Part shown: positions 47,939 through 57,249 of the stretch, one piece after another | Position numbering within the stretch: the stretch's first letter is position 1 | How the letters are laid out: each line of letters starts with the position of its first letter | DNA from: a virus | Lineage: Duplodnaviria; Caudoviricetes | Reading direction: 5' to 3' (one strand) | DNA: 62,236 nucleotides | Virus record (IMG/VR): IMGVR_UViG_3300032237_000390 | Location: 1 to 62,236 of that record | Translations under genes and position numbers: made by a program | Notes under the pieces: model-generated | What the model saw: only the letters and a program-made list of their open reading frames with translations | Told to the model about the DNA's origin: nothing | Databases searched by the model: none

Positions 47939-49367
47939 AAAAATCTTTTTTAAAGTGTGATAATGTATAGTCCATTTTCTTTGTTACTGCTTTGTAAATG
48001 TCGTGTTCAATACCGTCCTTACTAAACACCCAATACACGTGGTTGAACGCTCTCTCTTTTGTTGTCATCCTATCCTTGCTCTGCCAATAGCTTGTAGCAC
48101 TGAAATCAATGTTGTAGTACACCAAGTAGTCAGCTTGCCTGAGACTGATTCCTTCCCTTCCGCTCACAATCTGCAATGCTATCGACTTGTCAGTGTCTTC
48201 AAAGACACTTAGCTGTGTTGTTAACTCATCTCCAAATACTGATTGCAACGCAGAAAGTTCTTCCTTAAACTTATAAAATATTCCAATCTTACACCCACTA
48301 AAATGTTCTTTAATAAATTCAGCCTTGCTTTTATCAAGCACCATTGAATTTCCGCTTTCAAATTTAATTGTTCCTGAGCACAATTGATGAACTTTCATCA
48401 TTAATTTTGCGGGTGTATCTGCAAGTATCACCTCTTCTTTCCCTTCAACAACTAAATCTTTCTTTAATTTATTTATAAGCTGAATGGTACTCGGCTTTAA
48501 CTCTACTTCAAGAATCTCTTCAGTAACTTGAGTAACAAATCCCGCTTCAGCTTGGCTATAGTTTATAATATATGGCTTCATTGCATCCATTATACTGTTT
48601 AGCCCATTGCTATAGTCGTTCATGTACAACCCGTTTATCTTCTTTTGCTTAACCTTTACGTGCTTCTCAGCAAACTTGTAAAAGTTTCTGAACTCTCTGA
48701 ATGGGTTGTTCTTTATGCCATACACTTGATGATACATCTGAGAGTATGACTCAGGGGTTGGGGTGCCTGACATAAGTATAACATACGGGTTGTGTTTCTC
48801 AATAAGTAGTTTAATCTGCTCTGCTCTTGAGCTCGGCTTGGCAAATGCACCTAAGCTATGAGCCTCATCAACTACAATCAAGTCCCAATGCAAGTCGGGG
48901 TCAATAGTATGTAGGCTTTCATAGTTTATAACACAAATAGAAAAAGATGGCTTAAGCAAATCAAAGTCATTTGTAATTGAGCCGATAGCTTTCTTCTTTG
49001 TTACAAATAGTATTTGCTCCACCCCCAACTTGTCTGCTATTCCAAGGCTTGTTAGCGTTTTACCTGTCCGCACCTCCATAGCAAGGTAGAGGAATTTGTT
49101 TTCTAATAGTAAACTTTTACCTCTATTTATAATATCAATCTGATAATCTCTGAACTCCATCTTTACTGATTTATAATATTCGCAACTATCTATTATTTTT
49201 TGTACAACTTCGGGGTCGTTTCCATACTTGGATACTTTTATTGTCTCAATAGCTTTACCTCTTCCCACCTTGACCTCCTTAGTAGTTAGTATAATCTTCT
49301 TTAAGGTCTCGCAGTAGTCAACCATCTCGCTATTACTATACCCCGGTATCCGCTCAATTAGATTCAT
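47931..49367 (-). CDS. Superfamily 2 (SNF2-like) helicase
   Basis: RDYQ, MEVRTGKT, DEAH, SGTP, GREGISL, QSKDR; the helicase core starts at ATG 49160. Confidence 0.9.
   Translation of the reverse strand: MNLIERIPGYSNSEMVDYCETLKKIILTTKEVKVGRGKAIETIKVSKYGNDPEVVQKIIDSCEYYKSVKMEFRDYQIDIINRGKSLLLENKFLYLAMEVRTGKTLTSLGIADKLGVEQILFVTKKKAIGSITNDFDLLKPSFSICVINYESLHTIDPDLHWDLIVVDEAHSLGAFAKPSSRAEQIKLLIEKHNPYVILMSGTPTPESYSQMYHQVYGIKNNPFREFRNFYKFAEKHVKVKQKKINGLYMNDYSNGLNSIMDAMKPYIINYSQAEAGFVTQVTEEILEVELKPSTIQLINKLKKDLVVEGKEEVILADTPAKLMMKVHQLCSGTIKFESGNSMVLDKSKAEFIKEHFSGCKIGIFYKFKEELSALQSVFGDELTTQLSVFEDTDKSIALQIVSGREGISLRQADYLVYYNIDFSATSYWQSKDRMTTKERAFNHVYWVFSKDGIEHDIYKAVTKKMDYTLSHFKKDFYD
48193..48208. repeat. 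16-bp near-palindrome, copy 5 (in the helicase gene)
   Basis: Exact GTGTCTTCAAAGACAC. Confidence 0.95.
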
Positions 49368-51759
49368 CCTCTTTCTTTTTATGAATAATTATCCACCTTC
49401 CTTGTAGGTCTCTTCCTTCTTCGGGAATCGTTCCCTCTTTGAATAGTCCGTAAGATATTAACCACTTGTAGAATCGTGTTCTGCTTATAGTCATCTTAGC
49501 TTTTGGTCCGTAGTCGGGATACTCGCTGATGAAATCGAAATACAAATCTTGTTTGTATAGTCTTACTCCAACCTCAAGGCTTGTATTCCTTGGCTGACCA
49601 TCAACTAATCCACACCATTCTATAAAGTCGTGGCATGTCTCTGCTGATAGCTGACGAATCTTAAGGTTCACAAATTTACTCTTTACAAGACCTGTTCTCA
49701 AGTACGACTTAAGGCAACCTATCATGTAGTTATCAAACTCACACCAATCATCGTCTGACCAATCTCCAAACATCAACTTACCGAACTCGTCCAACGGGGT
49801 GAACGCTTTTGTATAGTACTGATGCAACTCTAACTCCCACTTCCTACGAGCAAATGAATTGCCTGAGCCTTTGATGGCATAGTTCGTAGTGATAGCAATC
49901 TTAGGAGACTTGCTGAATGGTATCTTAATAGCATCCTTGTTCTTCTTCTCGAGCGTAAGACCTTCGGTCACTACGCTGAAGAGACGCTCGAAGTCGAAGT
50001 GTTTCTTTACGTCATCAAAGCATAGTATCTGTGTATCTGCTGACACCAACTGATAAGCAAAGCTACGCTCAAACGTAAATGATTTACCATCAATGGTAAC
50101 CAACTTCTTCATCTTGCTCAGTGCGTTCATGAGCAATCCCTTTCCCGTTCCACCTTCAGGGTTGTCGCTTATGACTTCGTCATTAAGGATGACCGCAGGA
50201 CAGAACGACAAGTTCTTGTACCCGTGCTGAAGAAATCCAAGAGTGCTCTCCATTGCTTTAACTCTACCATCGTCATCATTACAAATGTTTCTCACAAACT
50301 TCTTAAAGTCGCATCCGTCAGTGACATCACACATTGTAAAGTTCCTATCTATAACGTGGTCTTTCCAAACGTATCCTCCCAAGTCCAAGTAGTCTATCGG
50401 TATTATCTCATCCTTGACAATCTTAACTGCACAATTCTTATAGTATAAGTATGCTGAATCTTTTGTGTCCTCAATAAAGTATATGTCAATCGTTGATAGC
50501 ATTGACAAGAACTCCTCCTTAAAGAATCGTGTATTGTCAGCAAAGTAGTTATATACTCCGATGTCGTCCAACTCAAGTAGGTGACTAAGTACATAGTCTT
50601 TTATCTCCTTCTCTGATGTGTGGTCGATTAAATTATTTGTCACTTTGACAAATACATAGTTCTTCCCACCTTCAGGGCAGTACTTGTAGAACCCACTATC
50701 CTCTAAGAACTGCTTGAACTGAATGTGCATCACCCTTATGACTCCTTTATCGTTCTTAGTCCAAAAGGTTTGTTTAGCATTTTCCTCCTCAACCTTAGAC
50801 AAAACAGCTTCGATAGTATCGCTATCCAAATTGGAGTCTTGCAATTGGTAGCGAATCTCTTTTTTTGATACACCTCTTCTTAGCTTTGCTTTGATTTGGT
50901 TTACTCTCTCCTCGTCCTCATAGTACTTCGTTCCAAAATTAGCCGTATGCTTGTACGCTGAATCAATCGTGGTCTGAATCTCTCTTATGCTAAAATCCTC
51001 AGTAGCGAATTGATTTAGTACGTAGGAGGCAAGGCTCTTGTTTATTCCAAAGTCATTAAAAGCCATAGCGAGAATGTAGGCATTGTGATTTCGCTGTCCC
51101 TCAGCCATCGGGTACTTCTTCTGCCACCACTTTACAAGTATCTCAACTATCTTATTCTCGTCTGTGATTGGTATAGTAGCTTGGTCTTTAGCTTTGTTCA
51201 CCTCTGTATACTCAGCCTCCTCAATGATGTCCCAAATAGACGAGTTCTCATTAAAGTGAATTAGAGGGTCATAGGACTCGTAACACACTCGGCTAAGGTT
51301 CTTGCTCGTCTTATCGAAATAAGGCGAATTAAAGTACTTCTCTAAGCTATTAAAGTAGTTTACGTGGTTGTCTACATCTGCGGGTATCTTAACCAACACC
51401 TTCAGTCCGTTCCCCGATGGTGATATAAAGACGGAGTACACATACTTATTCTTGCTTAGGTTCTCCTTGTCTTGAAGTAGTTCCTTCTGCTTTACATACC
51501 CATCAAAGTCTAAGCAAATCAGTCCACTGTGCTCGGTGATTGCTGAGTCTGTTCTCTTATTGAACTTACCACTGAAACATATTGCGGGCAACTGCTTCTT
51601 AAGTTCATTCCTCTCGGGCTTCCTCTTCTCTAACCTAATCTTCTTTACAAGCTCCTTGGTAGCCCCGTCCTTGATACGCTCAAGGATAACACGAACATCT
51701 CTAAAGAAGGGGGTCTCTGTCTCCTTTATGTTTTGAAAGATTGTTATTTGATATGTCAT
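49354..51759 (-). CDS. Primase-helicase (BT4734/VirE_N-like AEP + PriCT + SF3 helicase)
   Basis: KKQLP...SG.F...ICLDFD, SPSGNGLK, GQRN, GGTGKG Walker A, FDD, ITTN. Confidence 0.9.
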   Translation of the reverse strand: MTYQITIFQNIKETETPFFRDVRVILERIKDGATKELVKKIRLEKRKPERNELKKQLPAICFSGKFNKRTDSAITEHSGLICLDFDGYVKQKELLQDKENLSKNKYVYSVFISPSGNGLKVLVKIPADVDNHVNYFNSLEKYFNSPYFDKTSKNLSRVCYESYDPLIHFNENSSIWDIIEEAEYTEVNKAKDQATIPITDENKIVEILVKWWQKKYPMAEGQRNHNAYILAMAFNDFGINKSLASYVLNQFATEDFSIREIQTTIDSAYKHTANFGTKYYEDEERVNQIKAKLRRGVSKKEIRYQLQDSNLDSDTIEAVLSKVEEENAKQTFWTKNDKGVIRVMHIQFKQFLEDSGFYKYCPEGGKNYVFVKVTNNLIDHTSEKEIKDYVLSHLLELDDIGVYNYFADNTRFFKEEFLSMLSTIDIYFIEDTKDSAYLYYKNCAVKIVKDEIIPIDYLDLGGYVWKDHVIDRNFTMCDVTDGCDFKKFVRNICNDDDGRVKAMESTLGFLQHGYKNLSFCPAVILNDEVISDNPEGGTGKGLLMNALSKMKKLVTIDGKSFTFERSFAYQLVSADTQILCFDDVKKHFDFERLFSVVTEGLTLEKKNKDAIKIPFSKSPKIAITTNYAIKGSGNSFARRKWELELHQYYTKAFTPLDEFGKLMFGDWSDDDWCEFDNYMIGCLKSYLRTGLVKSKFVNLKIRQLSAETCHDFIEWCGLVDGQPRNTSLEVGVRLYKQDLYFDFISEYPDYGPKAKMTISRTRFYKWLISYGLFKEGTIPEEGRDLQGRWIIIHKKKEDESN

Positions 51760-51911
51760 TTATGTGTCGATTTTATGTCACCTAAGTTATTGATTATTAA
51801 ACTGCTGTCGATTATGTCGATTTTTTTTCTAATCTATATTCTATAGAAAAATAATAATATATAAAATATATATATAGAGTATAGGGAGTATTAATTTGTC
51901 ATTTCTGTCAT
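51752..51911. other. Origin-like element A
   Basis: Repeated TGTC(G)ATT units, IHF-like site at 51783-51795, long (AT)n tract; directly upstream of the primase. Confidence 0.55.
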
Positions 51912-51940
51912 AAAAAAAAGGGGGGAAAGTCCCCCCTTTG
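51912..51940 (-). terminator. Intrinsic terminator
   Basis: - strand GGGGGGA-CTT-TCCCCCC followed by T8, after the 51961 gene. Confidence 0.85.
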
Positions 51941-51960
51941 TAATTGGTATAGGATAAGGA

Positions 51961-52230
51961 TTAAAACGGAAGATTTTCTTCAGGTTCTTTTACCATTGGC
52001 TTAGGCTCTCCCTTACCTTTTGGCTCAAAGGTATCAAGCTCCATGTAGTAGTTACCGCTACGTGCAGTCTTGACGTCTAAGTTTACCCATCCGTTCTTCT
52101 GATGGTTTCTAAGGAAGGCAATTGCCTCGTCCACCTTAACGGATACTCTTCCGACTACGAAGTCCGGTGCGTCTTCTCTTCTTTTGAATACGAATCCATC
52201 CGCAAAGGTCTTTTCTTTTTGTTCTGCCAT
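51961..52230 (-). CDS. Putative ssDNA-binding protein
   Basis: Small beta-rich protein ending EENLPF; next to the exonuclease and SSAP genes. Confidence 0.6.
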   Translation of the reverse strand: MAEQKEKTFADGFVFKRREDAPDFVVGRVSVKVDEAIAFLRNHQKNGWVNLDVKTARSGNYYMELDTFEPKGKGEPKPMVKEPEENLPF

Positions 52231-52260
52231 TGTACTTTGTTTTTGTTATTAAGAAAATAG

Positions 52261-52276
52261 GTGTCTTCAAAGACAC
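52261..52276. repeat. 16-bp near-palindrome, copy 6 (intergenic)
   Basis: Exact GTGTCTTCAAAGACAC. Confidence 0.95.
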
Positions 52277-53010
52277 TAATCAAGTGTCTCGTCAATATAA
52301 TAGTTTGCTATATCATCTGTCGGTGCATTGCCAAAGTATTTGAAGTATACCTCCATGGCTTTCTCAACCTTCAACTCGCCACCCTTAATGAAGTTTTCTG
52401 ATGGTCTGAATATTCCAAGCTGAGCGGTTCCCTTGTCAATCACATAGAACACTAATGGTTTGCCAAACAACTGCTGATATATGTAACACTGAGAGTCATA
52501 GTTATAAGCCTTCGCTGACCACTTGAATTTGTTTATATCTGACGTGGTCTTAAGGTCAATGATACTATCATCTGTTACTATGTCTGCCTTGCCTTTCCAA
52601 TCCAACCCCTTGATGTCTGCTATCATAGGTTGCTCGTACTTGTTATTGGGTCTGTATATCTCGTCATAGAACAATATGTTACCCTTCATAACAGACACGA
52701 GGTTTGTGATTTCCTCCACTTCCTTTGTTAGTAGGCAGAAGCTAAGGCTATTGTCCTCCACAAACTTCTTATACTCTTTCGTTGTACGTGTGCTCACGTC
52801 TACGTGTGGGACGAACTCTGCTTTTTCGGGTTCAATGAGTAGCTGATGGAATAGCCTTCCCTCAGCAAAACTTTTATTGTCTTCTCTGTGTGCCCGAAAA
52901 TTCTTAGGGTTGGTGAGTAGTGCACCAATATCTGAATTGGATAGGTAGTACTTACCCATCCCATTGTAGTACTCGTTGTCATCTTTGAGTGCATTTATTA
53001 TGTCGTGCAT
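52276..53010 (-). CDS. RecE/ExoVIII-like PD-(D/E)xK exonuclease (DUF3799-like)
   Basis: LSNS, G..FH...EP, KGKAD...IDLKTT, Y.YD.Q..IY. Confidence 0.85.
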   Translation of the reverse strand: MHDIINALKDDNEYYNGMGKYYLSNSDIGALLTNPKNFRAHREDNKSFAEGRLFHQLLIEPEKAEFVPHVDVSTRTTKEYKKFVEDNSLSFCLLTKEVEEITNLVSVMKGNILFYDEIYRPNNKYEQPMIADIKGLDWKGKADIVTDDSIIDLKTTSDINKFKWSAKAYNYDSQCYIYQQLFGKPLVFYVIDKGTAQLGIFRPSENFIKGGELKVEKAMEVYFKYFGNAPTDDIANYYIDETLD

Positions 53011-53011
53011 A

Positions 53012-53590
53012 TTATCCGTTTACAAGGTTAACAATATCCTTCTTAACTGCGGGGCTCATCTTATACTTGGTACTCAACTGCTGACCAATCTTATCAATGC
53101 CGAGTGCCTTGTTGCCTTGTATGTATGCAACAACTCTGTCCCATGCCTCAGTACCCTTCTTAAGTTCGGTCAACTGAGGTGGCGGAGCGGGTTCGCTTAC
53201 AATTTCGGGAACGTCCTCTCCCGTCCACAGACTGAGTCCCAATCCGTGCATAGCAATAGCCTTGGCTGTGCTACGCTGAATTGATTTGGTTATATCTGTC
53301 GAAGTTACCTTGCTGATAGGAATTGAATTGTTCTTGAAGTCCATAACGGGTAGGTAGTCAATGTGCTCGATGTCATTAACCACAATCCCAACTTTTACAT
53401 AGGCAGTAACACCATCGGTAAAGTAATTAAGTCCCGTGTGGTCGCTCTCGTACACCTTGCGTTGTGCATCGGGGTAGATGGTCTTAAGCATAGCCCAAGC
53501 ATTTGCCCAAGATAGGTAGTCAAGATTACCCTTGCGTTCGATTTTTTCCTTGACACTGATGGCTGATAGCTTTCCGTAAACTGATTCCAT
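53012..53590 (-). CDS. Sak/DUF1071-type single-strand annealing protein
   Basis: YLSWA.AW, LPVMD..N, QR...KAIAMHGLGL.L..GED. Confidence 0.9.
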   Translation of the reverse strand: MESVYGKLSAISVKEKIERKGNLDYLSWANAWAMLKTIYPDAQRKVYESDHTGLNYFTDGVTAYVKVGIVVNDIEHIDYLPVMDFKNNSIPISKVTSTDITKSIQRSTAKAIAMHGLGLSLWTGEDVPEIVSEPAPPPQLTELKKGTEAWDRVVAYIQGNKALGIDKIGQQLSTKYKMSPAVKKDIVNLVNG

Positions 53591-53605
53591 TGTATTTGAT
53601 TTTGA

Positions 53606-53908
53606 TTAAATAAAAACTGCCTTGTCCATTTCTTTAACAATTTGCATATAGTCTGCGTCATCCTTGACCCTAAATGATACGCTATTGATTCCGTGTATAA
53701 CTGATGAGTGCTGTATCTCGTACCCATTATCGTTCATATACTTTTGTATGTACGTTATGGTCATAGGTCTTTTATGGCAGAGGTAATATAACAAATGCCT
53801 TGCATCAACTATCTCCCTCTTCTTAGACTTAGAGAACAACTCCTCCTTGCTTATTCTAAATAAGTCAATAACCCTATCTGTATACTGATTAAAAATATCT
53901 TGCTTCAT
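53606..53908 (-). CDS. Stand-alone DnaA domain IV-like protein
   Basis: ISKEELFSKSKKREIVDARH...Y...HSSVIHG. Confidence 0.8.
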   Translation of the reverse strand: MKQDIFNQYTDRVIDLFRISKEELFSKSKKREIVDARHLLYYLCHKRPMTITYIQKYMNDNGYEIQHSSVIHGINSVSFRVKDDADYMQIVKEMDKAVFI

Positions 53909-53966
53909 TTAATTTTATTTAGCGTGTACGAATATAGTTAATATGTTCAATACTCGTCACATTTTT

Positions 53967-54230
53967 TTAATAAGTACTTTCCCACAATACGTCCTCTGCC
54001 AACTCAAGTTTAACGTACACTTGATTAGCAAGAAGAAACCCTTTTGTCTTAAGCATTTCAATGTAGTTACCTCCCGCATAAACCACGACATCAGTGGTAT
54101 CTACATGTAGATTCTCTTTTGGATATTGATGTTCAAATACGCTTCTTGGGACGATTCTGCCCGTGTTAATAAACTCTTCTTTTGATTCTATCCCGCTCAT
54201 AGAAGGGACGATAAGTTCTGTTTTCTCCAT
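53967..54230 (-). CDS. Hypothetical protein
   Basis: Probable start is ATG 54230, after an AAATCAAATTAAC leader. Confidence 0.65.
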   Translation of the reverse strand: MEKTELIVPSMSGIESKEEFINTGRIVPRSVFEHQYPKENLHVDTTDVVVYAGGNYIEMLKTKGFLLANQVYVKLELAEDVLWESTY

Positions 54231-54252
54231 GTTAATTTGATTTAATTTCGTA

Positions 54253-54260
54253 CAAAGATA
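54253..54260 (-). promoter_or_regulatory. Bacteroidota-type -7 box
   Basis: - strand TATCTTTG, 22 nt upstream of ATG 54230. Confidence 0.55.
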
Positions 54261-54348
54261 GTACATTTAATTTACAACTGAATATATATTAGCCAAATTA
54301 ATACCCCCCATAGTATGAGTGATATGGCTACCTTAAAAAATAATTCTT

Positions 54349-54570
54349 TCATTGCTTCCAATTTGTAGGTATGTCAGTGTCCCAACCACTCCCGTTCATC
54401 GGGTTGTCGTAGACTCTGATGTCGTCTGAATAATAGTGTTTGATATGTCCACCCGATAGTCTTACCATCCACACCGAATTGGCATCTACTCCATAGTCAA
54501 TGATAAGAATAGCCCGTCCCTCCCCGTGAGGAGTATGGACGGGTATTGATGTTTTGAATTCGTGTATCAT
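54349..54570 (-). CDS. Hypothetical protein
   Basis: ORF track. Confidence 0.7.
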   Translation of the reverse strand: MIHEFKTSIPVHTPHGEGRAILIIDYGVDANSVWMVRLSGGHIKHYYSDDIRVYDNPMNGSGWDTDIPTNWKQ

Positions 54571-54830
54571 TTCTTGAGCCGTTTAAAGAACCAATAGATT
54601 TCATCTACTACTGCGTAGCAAATGTTTATTGGTATGATGATAAAAATTATTATGAATATTTCAATTAAGCTCTTCATGATTTGGGTATTCGTCAAGTAAC
54701 ATAGACAATATTTGCTTGCCTTCATCCAACTCCATTATGATTTTAAATAGGTCGTATGTGCTGATGTCCATCTGTTTCATCTGTTCGATGATACTTGGTA
54801 ACTTGGGGTTATTGATTAGTCGTGTCATAG

Positions 54831-55127
54831 TTATCTCATATTTTTTACATTAATACCTATCTCCTCCAACTTGTCAAGCACGCACGTTGGTAAGGCAAAG
54901 ACCCCATCGTAGTCGACCAACTCCTTGTCCTTGAACCATAGACCACCTTCAGCATACCAATCTTCACCTCCCGTCTTATCGTCATACACCTCGAACCACC
55001 CATATTCAGAATGATTGATGCCCACTGATACGCTCAATTGTATATTACCTTCCTCTTTGATAGTGCCGTATGAATTCCCGAGGGATAGGGATTCAACTGC
55101 CTTGAACTCATAGATTTGTTTGTCCAT
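54831..55127 (-). CDS. Hypothetical early protein
   Basis: ORF track; AATCA leader. Confidence 0.7.
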   Translation of the reverse strand: MDKQIYEFKAVESLSLGNSYGTIKEEGNIQLSVSVGINHSEYGWFEVYDDKTGGEDWYAEGGLWFKDKELVDYDGVFALPTCVLDKLEEIGINVKNMR

Positions 55128-55138
55128 GTTAATTTGAT

Positions 55139-55363
55139 TTAAAAAGTTAATGTTTCAAAGTCTGTGAACATAAATATTTTTGCCTTGTGGAAACGTTTCT
55201 TCAAGGCATTCAAAAGTATGTCATTGTCATACTCTTCGTACCCGTCACGCTCTTGCATTACAAGTGGATTGATTACCTCAACGATGTCTTGCTCCGTGAG
55301 GTCGGTCAATAGATAGAAATCTTCTTCTTCGTAGGCTGTTGTGTTGATTCTGAATACTTGCAT
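55139..55363 (-). CDS. Hypothetical early protein
   Basis: Probable start is ATG 55363 (MQVFRINTT...), after ATCAAATCAAATCAAA. Confidence 0.7.
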   Translation of the reverse strand: MQVFRINTTAYEEEDFYLLTDLTEQDIVEVINPLVMQERDGYEEYDNDILLNALKKRFHKAKIFMFTDFETLTF

Positions 55364-55381
55364 TTTGATTTGATTTGATGA

Positions 55382-55424
55382 GGACTGCATCGGGAGTCGA
55401 ACCCGAACTACGACCATCGCAGTC
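55382..55424 (-). ncRNA. tRNA-like minihelix A (acceptor stem + T-arm, no anticodon arm)
   Basis: GACUGCG-(11 nt)-UCGGG-UUCGACU-CCCGA-UGCAGUC-C. Confidence 0.75.
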
Positions 55425-55430
55425 TGAGGA

Positions 55431-55601
55431 TTACTCCTCGGTGAAAATATCTACACCATACTTCACCTTCTTGGGTATAGGGTAGATGGTATAAAGGGCA
55501 TCGAGGTATCTGAGGAATTCTTCCCTATCCTTGTCGGATAGGTATAGGATTCTGTCAATTGTCCCTTGTAGTAGCATAAGCCTTTCGTGTTCTGATAACA
55601 T
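55431..55601 (-). CDS. Hypothetical 56-aa protein
   Basis: MLSEHERLMLLQGTIDRILY...DIFTEE*; below the ORF-track cutoff. Confidence 0.6.
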   Translation of the reverse strand: MLSEHERLMLLQGTIDRILYLSDKDREEFLRYLDALYTIYPIPKKVKYGVDIFTEE

Positions 55602-55626
55602 ACGTTTACGTTTAAGTTTACAATGA

Positions 55627-55642
55627 GTGTCTTTGAAGACAC
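55627..55642. repeat. 16-bp near-palindrome, copy 7 (reverse orientation)
   Basis: Exact GTGTCTTTGAAGACAC. Confidence 0.95.
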
Positions 55643-55713
55643 GGATTACTAAGTTACTGAATACTTTTTACACCGATTTTTTTGCTTTTGTTATTTAATT
55701 TTAATTTGATGAG

Positions 55714-55767
55714 CACACGGGGAGGGAATCGAACCCTTCACTTGACAGACCATTCTGCACCCCGTGT
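55714..55767 (-). ncRNA. tRNA-like element B (acceptor stem, mini D-arm, T-arm, no anticodon arm)
   Basis: ACACGGG-GU-GCAGA-AUGG-UCUGU-CAAGUGA-AGGG-UUCGAUU-CCCU-C-CCCGUGU-G. Confidence 0.7.
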
Positions 55768-55808
55768 AAAACCCCAATGTAGACACATCGGGGGTAGTAA
55801 ACCAATCA

Positions 55809-56915
55809 CTATGCACCATAACTCAATACTTCGTGCTCTGCGAACCAATCATTACATCCACTGCAATGGTAGTTACAGAACCCATCATGAACAAGGTCAT
55901 GAAAACAATTTATACAGACGGGCTTCTCATTTTTCACATCAAAGTCATTGTCATCGTCAATAAACTCGTCAAGATACAACTGCCTACCAATAATTCTCTC
56001 AGCCTCCAACACCTCCTCTTGGTCTTCCTCCCACCACTTCTTAGTCTCAGCCTCCTTGATAAAGCTGAACGTCTGACTATAACTCTCGTGAACCTCTTGC
56101 CCTCTGTACTTCTCGGCAAGATTAAAGTATATCCAACACGTCAACACCCTTCCGTCTTTCATCTTGATAGGTATCTGCTTTCTACAATACCAATGAGGGT
56201 GACCCTCAAGGGCATCCAACTCATTTACCTTGTCATCAGTAACCTTAAACACATCAACCTCAACATTGTGCCCGATACCCTTCATATCGAGGAGGTAAGG
56301 CAACCCGCTAATGATAAGCGGGTAATTGTCTTGCGTCTTACCTTTGCCAACATGCTTAGATGAGGTCAAGAACCGATTGTAATTGCTGTATCCCTTCTTA
56401 AGGGTACCATACACCGCAACCAAATTATCCTCAAGAACATTATTCTTGCTATACCAAACACCATCACGCTGTGTCCACAACTCTTTGTTGTATATCTGAT
56501 ACGTCCGATTGCGTGTATTGATTGTCACGAACCTACTATTATGCTTCTCCAACTCCTTCTTCCACTTGTGTCTTGGCACTTTACCCAATGACTCAGCAAG
56601 CACCCTTGAGTCACTCTTCTTGGCATCCCCCAACCCGAAGATTGTGCCGTTCATCATGAGCCACTCATTGCGATTCGCACCGCATCTGAAGGGGTGGGTA
56701 TTCTCTTTACCAATTGCACCGATTGTAGCATAGCGAAAGTGAGCAATGAACGGACGCTCTGTATCCAACACTGCGTGCTGAGATGATTTGTGATAGGTAA
56801 CCTCAAAGGTATCCAACCAAATAATTCCCAACCCATGTGGATTGATTCTGCCTGAGGTCTTGGCGACCTCCTTGGGTAGCAGTTTACCCTTCTGCTTGAT
56901 AATAATTACACACAT
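55809..56915 (-). CDS. Class II (Ntn) glutamine amidotransferase fused to gamma-glutamylcyclotransferase (AIG2-like), with C-terminal Zn finger
   Basis: N-terminal MC, NPHGLG, HFRYAT, HPF, NG; then VAVYGTLKKG...LD.LEG.P..Y.R; CINC...CSGC. Confidence 0.9.
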   Translation of the reverse strand: MCVIIIKQKGKLLPKEVAKTSGRINPHGLGIIWLDTFEVTYHKSSQHAVLDTERPFIAHFRYATIGAIGKENTHPFRCGANRNEWLMMNGTIFGLGDAKKSDSRVLAESLGKVPRHKWKKELEKHNSRFVTINTRNRTYQIYNKELWTQRDGVWYSKNNVLEDNLVAVYGTLKKGYSNYNRFLTSSKHVGKGKTQDNYPLIISGLPYLLDMKGIGHNVEVDVFKVTDDKVNELDALEGHPHWYCRKQIPIKMKDGRVLTCWIYFNLAEKYRGQEVHESYSQTFSFIKEAETKKWWEEDQEEVLEAERIIGRQLYLDEFIDDDNDFDVKNEKPVCINCFHDLVHDGFCNYHCSGCNDWFAEHEVLSYGA

Positions 56916-56934
56916 TTGATTTGATTTGTGAGCA

Positions 56935-56950
56935 GTGTCTTTGAAGACAC
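56935..56950. repeat. 16-bp near-palindrome, copy 8 (between promoter and start codon)
   Basis: Exact GTGTCTTTGAAGACAC. Confidence 0.95.
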
Positions 56951-56978
56951 AGAACTCGATTAATGAACTGATAATGCA

Positions 56979-57010
56979 CGAAGATAATACAATAATTGAA
57001 CACTACCAAA
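56979..57010 (-). promoter_or_regulatory. Bacteroidota sigma-A-like promoter
   Basis: TTTG-N20-TATCTTCG on the - strand. Confidence 0.6.
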
Positions 57011-57011
57011 T

Positions 57012-57167
57012 TTATTTTTTGGCACTGAACCTACTCCGATTCAGATTTGGATGAAGGTATAAGTACTTGTAGTAAGCCTTCTCGACCGCCTCCCACTTGG
57101 TATGGGCAACGATTAGACAGACCAACTCTTTGTCATAATACACCTTGAATAAGTGATTTGATTCCAT
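57012..57167 (-). CDS. Hypothetical 51-aa protein
   Basis: MESNHLFKVYYDKELVCL...SAKK*; AATCA leader directly after hammerhead 1. Confidence 0.65.
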   Translation of the reverse strand: MESNHLFKVYYDKELVCLIVAHTKWEAVEKAYYKYLYLHPNLNRSRFSAKK

Positions 57168-57180
57168 TGTGATTTGATTT

Positions 57181-57249
57181 GGTTAAGACGGGGTTCACAC
57201 GGTTTCCCGTGTGATTCCGTTTCGCTGAACTACAGCTCATCAGTTAACC
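57181..57249 (-). ncRNA. Hammerhead ribozyme HH1 (type I)
   Basis: GGUUAA-CUGAUGA-GCUG(UAGUU)CAGC-GAAA-CGG...CCG-UC^UUAACC; predicted cut 57187/57186. Confidence 0.93.

Noticed and set aside
55382-55767. Bona fide tRNA genes
   Set aside because: No anticodon arm and only 43-54 nt long; reported as tRNA-like elements instead
56225-56245. Fifth hammerhead (- strand CUGAUGA inside the GATase/GGCT gene)
   Set aside because: No stem II followed by GAAA and no stem I/III pairing
55833-56363. 176-aa + strand ORF and other antisense ORFs in the track (e.g. 38515-38991, 5751-6062, 59441-59752)
   Set aside because: Antisense shadows of well-supported genes, with no motifs or leaders
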